Of a DNA stretch of 64,000 nt, positions 20,155-28,434 are shown in pieces. The notes under the pieces were generated by a model. It made no database searches. It was not told the DNA's origin and saw nothing but the letters and a program-made list of their open reading frames with translations. Location of the stretch: IMG/VR virus record IMGVR_UViG_3300035162_000505; one strand, written 5' to 3'. Within the stretch, counting starts at the first letter, position 1. Each line of letters opens with the position of its first letter. Origin of the DNA: an uncultured virus (IMG/VR IMGVR_UViG_3300035162_000505) (lineage: Duplodnaviria > Heunggongvirae > Uroviricota > Caudoviricetes). The position numbers were made by a program, and so were the translations under genes.

Positions 20155-22080
20155 CTATCCTAACGCAACTGCGAATGCTATTGCTTGACTTTGTGTACTA
20201 AATGTTGCAACATCCGCTGAATCACCCTTATCACCCTTTTGGCCTCTTTGACCAATAGACGAATATAGTTGCCAATTATTATTTATATGTATTAATTCTA
20301 TTATAGATTGACCTAAATCGAGTTCAAAATTATCCGCAAATCCCTCAATAGTCTCTCCGTTTCTATTAACGATAACAGAGTTAGTAGAGTAGTTCGCAAC
20401 GTCTATGAGTCTCACATAATCTCCTGTTACGGGATTTTGTGGAAGGGTTACATTAACTACTCTTGAAGAAGTATCGATTGCATATCTTCCAGCCGATACT
20501 GCCGTAAAATCAGATTCGTATATTGTATAGTTCGTAGAGAATACTCTAAAGTCAGAGTCAAATCCTAAGTAACTTCCTCTGAGTTTTCCGAAGTTCCAAG
20601 TTCCAAGTTGAAATCCATCACCACTAGTATTGATGACTGAATCTGGAACAGAAGAGTCTAAACCATCTTGAATAAGATTTGTGAATGTTGTCCACTCACC
20701 ATTAGTAGCATCTCTGAAGAAACCAGCCCTTCTCTTTGGACCAGCCGCTGAGTCTCTGTATCTACCCACAACCCCGATATCAACAGCATCACCATTGTTC
20801 GAGTCTGCAAGTTTGATTAGAGCGTTTGTAACTCTGAGGTCAGTTGTGGTGTTAAGAATATAACTGCCGCCAACTGTAAGGTTGTTGCCAACTGTAACAT
20901 TTCCTGAAGTAGTCATAGTTGCGAATGTTGGGTTTGCTGATGTGCTAACATCTTGTCCAATGGCAACAGAACCATTAGTAATAGTGACACCAGTTCCATT
21001 ACTGAAGTGTGCTCTTACTTCACCAGCATTGGGGCCAGTGTATGTTATAACTCCTGTGGCAGAATTGTAAGCTAAACCACCATCTCCACCACCATCAGTA
21101 ACCGAAACAGCCCTTTTAGCATCACTGTCTGCCCTAGCAGTTGTATAATAAAGATTAGAACCTTCAGATACATCTGATGTTAAGATGGAAGCATTAATAT
21201 AAGAGTCTACTCTCGCACTTGTATAGTAAAGGTTCGACCCTTCACTCAAGTCTGTTGTGGATCTGGCACTAAGAGACGCCGCTGATAGTGTACCAAATAA
21301 TGAACCCGTGGCAGTGACATTACCCGCCGCAATTATATCCTGACCTCTGATATTCTTATCAACACCAAGTCCACCTGAGATCATGAAAGATGCGTTTGTT
21401 TTTGATGCCGCTTCAGTTCCACTATGAATAGTAAATCTACCGTCTGTAGACATAGTAAGACGATCTGTCCCACCAGTTAAATTAAACGGAGCTTTCCCAA
21501 CACCACTTTTTATTTTAAGTTCAGTGTTAGCCCCTTCAAATCCAATAACCATATCGTTATCAGCGGATGTTCCTAAAACACCGATACCATGATTGAACTG
21601 TCCACTAACTCCTAAACTTAATACTGCTGATCTACTCGAATCGCTGGACGCAAAGTTTAACACAGATTGTGCTGAATCTCCTAACAGCCCATCATCATTG
21701 AATGATATGCCACCATACTGAAGACCAAACATTTTAGATGAGTCTATAATAGGATCTACAAGAGTTTTATTAGTAAGTGTTTGAGTTGAAGTTAACCTAA
21801 CATACTCAGGAGTTCTTAAGGTGATATAAGCAGAGTCTACTAATGCAGTTGCGTCTGTGTTGACCCTACCAGTAGTATAGTATAGATTACTACCTTCTGA
21901 TAAACCACCAGTGTTATGATTAGATAGAGTGGATACTTGACCAGTGACGTTACCAACAACACCGCCCGTAGCAGTAATGGCACCCACAACTGTTGCGCCA
22001 CTGCGAACACGTAGGTTATTAATATTTGCACTATCAGTTACAAATAAACCGTTCTTAACTTTAAAATCTTTTTCTGCCAT
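20155..22080 (-). CDS. Tail fibre-like protein with a gp9/gp10-like C-terminal domain
   Basis: FKVKNGL start, LSEGSNLYYT repeats, AIDTSSRVVNVTLP...GDYVRLID domain, short GQRGQKGDKG collagen-like stretch, AIAFAVALG end. Confidence 0.78.
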   Translation of the reverse strand: MAEKDFKVKNGLFVTDSANINNLRVRSGATVVGAITATGGVVGNVTGQVSTLSNHNTGGLSEGSNLYYTTGRVNTDATALVDSAYITLRTPEYVRLTSTQTLTNKTLVDPIIDSSKMFGLQYGGISFNDDGLLGDSAQSVLNFASSDSSRSAVLSLGVSGQFNHGIGVLGTSADNDMVIGFEGANTELKIKSGVGKAPFNLTGGTDRLTMSTDGRFTIHSGTEAASKTNASFMISGGLGVDKNIRGQDIIAAGNVTATGSLFGTLSAASLSARSTTDLSEGSNLYYTSARVDSYINASILTSDVSEGSNLYYTTARADSDAKRAVSVTDGGGDGGLAYNSATGVITYTGPNAGEVRAHFSNGTGVTITNGSVAIGQDVSTSANPTFATMTTSGNVTVGNNLTVGGSYILNTTTDLRVTNALIKLADSNNGDAVDIGVVGRYRDSAAGPKRRAGFFRDATNGEWTTFTNLIQDGLDSSVPDSVINTSGDGFQLGTWNFGKLRGSYLGFDSDFRVFSTNYTIYESDFTAVSAGRYAIDTSSRVVNVTLPQNPVTGDYVRLIDVANYSTNSVIVNRNGETIEGFADNFELDLGQSIIELIHINNNWQLYSSIGQRGQKGDKGDSADVATFSTQSQAIAFAVALG

Positions 22081-22107
22081 AGTTCACTTTCCCCAAGGCG
22101 TTACTTG

Positions 22108-22115
22108 TATTTATG
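22108..22115 (-). promoter_or_regulatory. Variant late promoter (CATAAATA)
   Basis: One mismatch to TATAAATA, 27 nt upstream of the 641-aa gene. Confidence 0.5.
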
Positions 22116-25100
22116 ATATTACAGTTTTCACTGGCTTAACTTTTATGTTACCCATTCCAGTTGATCTTGTAAATATTAATCTAATATCAGCACCAACAAC
22201 ATCAGCGGTTAAAGTTCCAATGTCACTGTCATTTGAGAACGAACTTGTCATGCCATACTCTGTATAGAACACATTCGTTTTATTATATGTTAGTAACAAC
22301 TTTGATAGTTGAACATTCCCACCAGCACTGTCATCCATATGAACAAGATACTCTATAGACTTAAAGTCGCTATCGTGTGTCTCAAGATCAATGACTGTAG
22401 CCGCACCATCTACTATAGAAATGTCGGTTGGCTTTGTGAACAATTCACCGCTAGTATTTGTTACTTTACTAAACACTGCGCTATAGGCAGAGTCCATATC
22501 AACTTTACCGTTGGTGATCCCAATACCATTACCACCAGTAAAGTGTGCTCTAGTTTCAGTTGCCGAAGATCCAGTGTATGTGAATGTGCCTGAAGCAGAG
22601 TCATAAGCAAAGCTTCCATCTCCACCAGCATCAACGGCTCTTATAGATTCTCTGGTTCTAGACTTAGTATAATCAGAGTCGAAGAGAGTGGTTGGGAAAG
22701 ATCCCCCATCCGCTGTGTTTATCGTGAAGATACCTTTGTCACTATCAAATGATGTTGAGGATACTCCAGCAACAGATACTGTAGAAGCAGAGGTAATTTG
22801 TCCTTGAGCATTGATTGCTAGAACAGGAACTAAAGAAGCAGTACCATAACTAGCCGCCGTTACACCAGTATTGGTTATGCTTAGAGTATTACTATCAGCC
22901 GCATAAGATATTCCTGTTCCACCTATAGCCGCCGCATCTAATGTTGTATTGAAGTCGCTATCAAAGTTACCTTGAGTGTAGACATTTTCAACATCAAAAC
23001 TAAACACACCAGTAGAAGAGTTATATGATAAGTCTCCACTTGCGCTAAGATGTGCTCTGACTTCTGCCGCACTTGGACCCGTGTAGGTGAACGTTCCTGA
23101 AGCAGAGTCATAAGCGAAACTACCGTCACCGCCAGCATCAACTGATCTAATAGATTCTCTGGTTCTAGATTTTGTAAGATCACTATCAAGGATAGTAGTT
23201 GCGAATGAATTACCATCCGCTGTGTTTATTGTAAATATTCCTGTGGCTTCAACGAAAGCGGCACTCGACACGCCAGCAACAGATATCGTTCCTATAGAGT
23301 CTACTTGTCCTTGAGCATTTATTTTAACTTGAGGTACTAGAGATGCAGATCCATACGTGCCAGCAACTACTGTAGTGTTGGTAAGAGTTACTTCACCACT
23401 ACCACTATTATAGGTGATGCCTGTGCCACCTGAGAAATGAGCACGTACTTCAGAAGCACTTGGTCCTGTGTAAGTTATAACACCATTTACTGGATTATAT
23501 GTTAGAGACCCATCTCCACCAGTGTCAGTTACTGATATAGCATTTTTAGCGGCAGAGTCTGCCCTTGATGTTAAATAGTATTTGTTAGTACCTTCTGATA
23601 GATTGGTTGTACTAAAGTTAACTAAATGATTTCTAGTCGAACCTAACGGTTTATTAAGATCCCAAGTGTCTGAAGTCGAATTGTATTGTATGAGAGCATT
23701 AGCACCTGTTACAGTAATTCCAGCACCATTAGCGGCAGAACTATCAGCCGCACTGTCTGCTAATATAATATTTTTATCATTGATTGATAACGCTGTTGAG
23801 TTTATAGTTGTCTGAACACCATCTACTTGAAGGTTACCAGCAATAACAACCTTACCAGTATTGTCTCCAACACCAGCGGGGTCAATAACAAGTGTGGCTG
23901 GACCAGCAATATAACCAGTTGTAGTTATGTTTCCATATGTTCTATTACCAGCAATGTATGAATTGGTATCAGAGTCGTTACGTGCAGTTGTATAGTATAG
24001 ATTTGACCCTTCAGTTAAATCACTGGTGCTATTAGAAGTTAGTGCTACTTTAACTACGTTACCAGAACTATCTAATACTCTCAACTGAGTGTTATGGTCT
24101 TCTAATCTTACGCCGCCAAGATAAAGTGTTTTACCAGATAAATATAATTCTTTCCATTTATTGGTAGGAGATCCTAAATCGTATGCACTATCTGCGCTTG
24201 GTATTATGTTACTTCCAATACTAGGCAAGCTTGCAGTATTAGTTTCGTCTATAAGTTTTAACCAGTTTCCAGCATGAGCATAATACGCTCTACCTGTTCC
24301 ATGCACATGAGCAAACATTCCATGATAACTACTTGCTGAAGGTAAGTCACCCTCACTAGAATAAATATTGGAGTAAAGTATTTTACCTGTTCCAACATCT
24401 ATGTCACCAGTAGCACTGAGCCCGGTAGATGTTGTCTCAAGTTTTTTATTTCCATCGTGAAAAAGAGCAATAGACGTACCAGAATCAGTTTGTGTGGTTT
24501 CTAGCACCTGTTTATTATTTTGACTTATTATCGCAAGATTGGTAGATTGTATTACAATGCGGTTTGTAGAATCTACTGATGAAAAAAGTGTATCTGAAAC
24601 ATTTGGAATGTCTTGACCAGTATTCAGATCTACACGAGTTGTAGATTGTAGTTTTGCTACAGTTGCGCCGCCACCACCAAATGTGCTATTAAAAGTTTCG
24701 GTTAAAACATTATCTCTTAGGGCAAGTCTGACCCTTGCATCAGTGTAGTATAGATTACCAGAACTTTCAGCAAGATCATTTGTGCTAAAAGCTTTTAAAC
24801 CAATGCGAGTATTGAACGTATTACCGTCTGCCGTTCCAATACTAACTGTGGCATTATTGGAGTCGAATGATAATGTTGACACGCCAGCAACAGAGACAGT
24901 GCCTATGCTATCAATATGGCCTAGATCGTTTACTGATATTGTTGGTACTTGGGAAGCACTACCATATGCTCCTGAAGTAACACCTGAGTTAGTATGAATT
25001 ACTTGACCTGTTGCTGAGTTATAAGATAACGCAACATCTGCGCTTATTAGGTTTCTAGCATCACTATCAAACCCTTTATGAATAAAGTTACCCGTAGAAG

Positions 25101-25395
25101 AATCGTATCTAAGGTAAGTTCCGTTTGAAAGATTTGTAGTGCTATTTACATCATTGAGTGAAGTTATTTTGGAATTAGTAATAAGTGATGTAGCATCACT
25201 ATCGAAATTTCTATGAATATACTTTTGAGTTGCTGAGTCAAATCTAATATACGAACCACCAGCAAGACCCACTACACCATTAACATCATCAAGAGTAGTG
25301 ATACGTCCTGTGGAAACCTGTCCTATTCTGTTAGGAGTTCCAACAGTTATTTTCTTAACAATCGTTGTCCCGGCTGATACGATGCGAATAGCCAT
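22111..25395 (-). CDS. Long repeat-rich tail fibre protein (1094 aa)
   Basis: Repeated YGSASxVP...SVAGVS, GGDGSxxY...TYTGPS..EVRAH and DLxEGxNLYYT modules. Confidence 0.8.
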   Translation of the reverse strand: MAIRIVSAGTTIVKKITVGTPNRIGQVSTGRITTLDDVNGVVGLAGGSYIRFDSATQKYIHRNFDSDATSLITNSKITSLNDVNSTTNLSNGTYLRYDSSTGNFIHKGFDSDARNLISADVALSYNSATGQVIHTNSGVTSGAYGSASQVPTISVNDLGHIDSIGTVSVAGVSTLSFDSNNATVSIGTADGNTFNTRIGLKAFSTNDLAESSGNLYYTDARVRLALRDNVLTETFNSTFGGGGATVAKLQSTTRVDLNTGQDIPNVSDTLFSSVDSTNRIVIQSTNLAIISQNNKQVLETTQTDSGTSIALFHDGNKKLETTSTGLSATGDIDVGTGKILYSNIYSSEGDLPSASSYHGMFAHVHGTGRAYYAHAGNWLKLIDETNTASLPSIGSNIIPSADSAYDLGSPTNKWKELYLSGKTLYLGGVRLEDHNTQLRVLDSSGNVVKVALTSNSTSDLTEGSNLYYTTARNDSDTNSYIAGNRTYGNITTTGYIAGPATLVIDPAGVGDNTGKVVIAGNLQVDGVQTTINSTALSINDKNIILADSAADSSAANGAGITVTGANALIQYNSTSDTWDLNKPLGSTRNHLVNFSTTNLSEGTNKYYLTSRADSAAKNAISVTDTGGDGSLTYNPVNGVITYTGPSASEVRAHFSGGTGITYNSGSGEVTLTNTTVVAGTYGSASLVPQVKINAQGQVDSIGTISVAGVSSAAFVEATGIFTINTADGNSFATTILDSDLTKSRTRESIRSVDAGGDGSFAYDSASGTFTYTGPSAAEVRAHLSASGDLSYNSSTGVFSFDVENVYTQGNFDSDFNTTLDAAAIGGTGISYAADSNTLSITNTGVTAASYGTASLVPVLAINAQGQITSASTVSVAGVSSTSFDSDKGIFTINTADGGSFPTTLFDSDYTKSRTRESIRAVDAGGDGSFAYDSASGTFTYTGSSATETRAHFTGGNGIGITNGKVDMDSAYSAVFSKVTNTSGELFTKPTDISIVDGAATVIDLETHDSDFKSIEYLVHMDDSAGGNVQLSKLLLTYNKTNVFYTEYGMTSSFSNDSDIGTLTADVVGADIRLIFTRSTGMGNIKVKPVKTVIS
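22560..23560. repeat. Internal duplication (about 507-nt period) in the fibre gene
   Basis: CCTGAAGCAGAGTCATAAGC at 22589 and 23096; TAGATTCTCTGGTTCTAGA and CCATCCGCTGTGTTTAT are also duplicated. Confidence 0.8.
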
Positions 25396-25405
25396 TAAGG
25401 TCTCC

Positions 25406-25762
25406 TTAGTTTCTGGTGACCGAAGGCGATACGGTGATCTGTCCTTCTAATATTCTTTCAACAAGAGTGTTTGAAGCACTATCGTTAGAGGAGATCTCTA
25501 CGTCATAAACATAACGACCAGATTTCATCGCACTGGTCTGAGCATTAGTTAACTGTAAATTTAATATACCATTACTTGATGGTGAAGGTATTACAACTGC
25601 AAACGTAACTGCATCCGAATCACTCGAAGAGTACGTTTTACGGATTTGCCCTTTACCAGTATATCCAGACAAGGATTTCTTTGCTTGATTTTTATCGACT
25701 AGCTCTAGTTGTATACTAAAGTCTGCGCCTTGATTTAGTGTGAAATCTTCGTACTGCGACAT
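25406..25762 (-). CDS. Small Ig-like virion/fibre-attachment protein (BppU-N-like)
   Basis: LNQGADFS...LSGYT..GQIRK...LTNAQTS..KSGRYVYDVEI...RILEG.I.VSP pattern. Confidence 0.7.
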   Translation of the reverse strand: MSQYEDFTLNQGADFSIQLELVDKNQAKKSLSGYTGKGQIRKTYSSSDSDAVTFAVVIPSPSSNGILNLQLTNAQTSAMKSGRYVYDVEISSNDSASNTLVERILEGQITVSPSVTRN

Positions 25763-25796
25763 ATGTAAATCTCTTATTTATTTTCAACTTTACCTT

Positions 25797-25804
25797 TATT
25801 TATA
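25797..25804 (-). promoter_or_regulatory. T4 late promoter for the fibre block
   Basis: TATAAATAAAGGTAA upstream of the 118-aa ORF. Confidence 0.8.
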
Positions 25805-26495
25805 AGAAATATTTCTCTAAACTTTTATAATGTTGGTCTTCACACTGAGATAAAATACATATTGTTCTATCAGGATCGTAGTTCAATAGGCCATCATCTA
25901 ACTTATCGTCAGATAACCAACCCTTCGCCCTATGATAGTAGTCACGTTTGAAATCAAAACAAGACAGATTATTGTATTCATGAGTAATGAACCTGTCTAA
26001 TCCATAGTAGTGTATGATATTATAATCAATATTTTCTATAAACTTATCGTATATTTCTTTATGCTGTTTGGTATATAACAACATTATAGATGTATTTATG
26101 TTAGTTGTGGGGATGGTTAAAATGTTATCAGGTGTTCCATCATAAGGATAATCCTCGCCAATATCTTCACCATTGATAATTCTCAGCGTGTCATTAATGT
26201 CATCAAACATATAATCTATGTTGTTTTGTATTACTACGTCTAAGTCGAGATACAACGTTGGGTCATCAAAGTCAAGATTAAAAAGTTCTATTTTCCACCA
26301 ATAAGTTTCTAAGTCTAGACTCTTATCAATAAAAATAGTATTGACTTCTTGCTGAACATCTGATATACAATAAAAAGAAAATGGTAGAGTACAGTTGCGC
26401 TCTACCATTCTATGTAATCTATTAACGTGTTCCTTAGAATACTTTGTGCCTACACAGACACATACTATATTAACTTTCTGTTTCAAGATCCTCAA
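25800..26495 (-). CDS. Putative GT-A glycosyltransferase
   Basis: VCVCVGTKYS...VNRL..MVERN, WWKIELF, LYLDLDVVIQNNID (DxD), NTSIM. Confidence 0.75.
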   Translation of the reverse strand: MRILKQKVNIVCVCVGTKYSKEHVNRLHRMVERNCTLPFSFYCISDVQQEVNTIFIDKSLDLETYWWKIELFNLDFDDPTLYLDLDVVIQNNIDYMFDDINDTLRIINGEDIGEDYPYDGTPDNILTIPTTNINTSIMLLYTKQHKEIYDKFIENIDYNIIHYYGLDRFITHEYNNLSCFDFKRDYYHRAKGWLSDDKLDDGLLNYDPDRTICILSQCEDQHYKSLEKYFL

Positions 26496-27153
26496 TCACC
26501 TCTTCCCAAAATGCATCAGCCTCTGCAAAAACAAATGATACAGTGATACGATAACAGTCTGTATAAGCGGCATGATAACATAGGCTGTCTGGAGTATGAT
26601 ACTCACCAAAGTAACTCATCTTTGCTTGCCAGCCTTTCTTATCTTGAACTCTAATACGTTCTTTCTTTTCAGTATCCCAATAGTCGAACCATCCTTCACC
26701 TGTTTCTGAATAGGTTATAATGATGTTAAAGCCTGAAGCATTAGCATTATTGTGCCAAGAGATAAACCCCCCCGGTGGATAGCAAGCATTAAGGGCATTA
26801 TTTCTACAAGAAAGAAACGCAATAAGTTTTGAGTTTAAATTTGACGTAGCGTCTTTAATAATCTCTCCGTCTTTATGTTGTCCATCAGTATGTTTAAGCC
26901 CCATAAACCCTTTTAACACAACTGGAAATCCATCATGCCGATCTCCCATAGTCATAATCTCTTTCAGATACTGATCTGAAACGTAGTCTTCTGCTTTATC
27001 GTCTTTATTAGTGGTGCAAAGTTCTTTTGCAATCAGTGGATCATCATCAGGTTGATCTCTCTTAAGCAACACATCTTTATATTCATTTAATATATCTAAA
27101 AACTCTTTATTTTTTAGATCAATATCTCTCATGTAGTTGTGTTTAATGTTCAT
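26470..27153 (-). CDS. Putative cupin / 2OG-Fe(II) oxygenase-like protein
   Basis: YPPGGFISWHNN...CYHAA....RITVSF matches a double-stranded beta-helix pattern (HxN rather than HxD). Confidence 0.55.
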   Translation of the reverse strand: MNIKHNYMRDIDLKNKEFLDILNEYKDVLLKRDQPDDDPLIAKELCTTNKDDKAEDYVSDQYLKEIMTMGDRHDGFPVVLKGFMGLKHTDGQHKDGEIIKDATSNLNSKLIAFLSCRNNALNACYPPGGFISWHNNANASGFNIIITYSETGEGWFDYWDTEKKERIRVQDKKGWQAKMSYFGEYHTPDSLCYHAAYTDCYRITVSFVFAEADAFWEEVIEDLETES

Positions 27154-27992
27154 TATAAAAAACCTTTATCTCCAAATTTGTCCATTGCACTTGAATAGTG
27201 TATTACTATAGGGTGTGGATTTGTCTTCCAATAATCTCTATTAGGATCTGCCATATGACAGTTATGGCTACCATCTTTATTAAATCCAAATGAAGTGAAA
27301 TAGTTCCAGCGATAGTTATCATCAAAGAACTTCCACTTCAGAGACTTATATTTAGGTGAATGATAAATCAACCACCACAAAGTAAGTTGATCCCATACTC
27401 TAAAGTCTCCTACTTTAATGTTATCAAACTCTTTAGGTCTCCATTGACCAACTCTTTGTTCTAAATACAAGTTATACCAATCCAGCATAAACTCATTTAT
27501 TAATGGATTTCTGGTATCATACAATGCTACACCGCCGCAATGAGCAAGATGATCTGGAACACCTTTCCATCCATCATCATAAAGATTTGGACCCCACTCC
27601 CAATCCACAAAATGTTTTGCGGCCGCTTTTGTGAGATTAACATAAGCCATATCATACTTACCATCCTCAAGATGATCGAATACGTTAGAGATATCTTTGT
27701 GAACAATCTCTATGTCAGCATCCATATAGAAAGTTAAATCATAAGGAGAGTTAGCCATGCCCCACATTTTTTCTCTATTAGTATTACTAGGAGTAGGTAA
27801 CACTTGATCAAAATCTCTAAAATAATTTTGACAACTAGGATCATCTATAAAATGTTGTTCTGTAAAGAGAGTAAATTTTGCTTCTGGATAATGGTCTAGA
27901 AGAGATTCTTTTAGATTATCGGCACTCATCAAAAACTGTTTGCGTTTAGTCGCTACAGTTAAAAATCCTTTAGTCGGATTTTTCTTCTTCAT
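27153..27992 (-). CDS. Putative GT8-like glycosyltransferase
   Basis: SPYDLTFYMDADIEI (DxD), HCGGVALY, WDQLTLW, YRWNY, VIHYS. Confidence 0.78.
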   Translation of the reverse strand: MKKKNPTKGFLTVATKRKQFLMSADNLKESLLDHYPEAKFTLFTEQHFIDDPSCQNYFRDFDQVLPTPSNTNREKMWGMANSPYDLTFYMDADIEIVHKDISNVFDHLEDGKYDMAYVNLTKAAAKHFVDWEWGPNLYDDGWKGVPDHLAHCGGVALYDTRNPLINEFMLDWYNLYLEQRVGQWRPKEFDNIKVGDFRVWDQLTLWWLIYHSPKYKSLKWKFFDDNYRWNYFTSFGFNKDGSHNCHMADPNRDYWKTNPHPIVIHYSSAMDKFGDKGFL

Positions 27993-28422
27993 TCATAATC
28001 TCCATTAATAATATAGTAGCATATGCTTGCATTTCAATAGCATTTTTAGCTTTTCTAATTTTAGATTTTAGTTTACGATTAGTAGATTCTTTTATCTGAG
28101 AGATTTCAAAAGTCTGTAGTTTATAATTAAATAAATCTTCAAGTCTTTTATTTTCATTTTTCTGTTCTTGTTTTTTGATATGACTTTCACGTTCTTTTTT
28201 ATGACGATCCAAGCGTTCTTGAGTGAACTGATCTATTTTAGCCATAGTATTCTGTTCTACAACTTCTTCATAGTCTGAAGTTATTTTTCCATCAGCATCA
28301 AACTTAGAAACTTTAGCAACACTTGTTGAATAAGAACCATCATCATGTGTGATATTCAATCTAACAGTTAACCTGTCTTTTGCGGCGTTTTCCCAAAATG
28401 GATGTACCCATTCTTTTTTCAT
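27970..28422 (-). CDS. Hypothetical protein with a charged helical C-terminus (possible fibre chaperone)
   Basis: 150-aa ORF with GGAG SD directly after the 689-aa fibre gene. Confidence 0.7.
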   Translation of the reverse strand: MKKEWVHPFWENAAKDRLTVRLNITHDDGSYSTSVAKVSKFDADGKITSDYEEVVEQNTMAKIDQFTQERLDRHKKERESHIKKQEQKNENKRLEDLFNYKLQTFEISQIKESTNRKLKSKIRKAKNAIEMQAYATILLMEIMNEEEKSD

Positions 28423-28434
28423 TATATTAATCTC

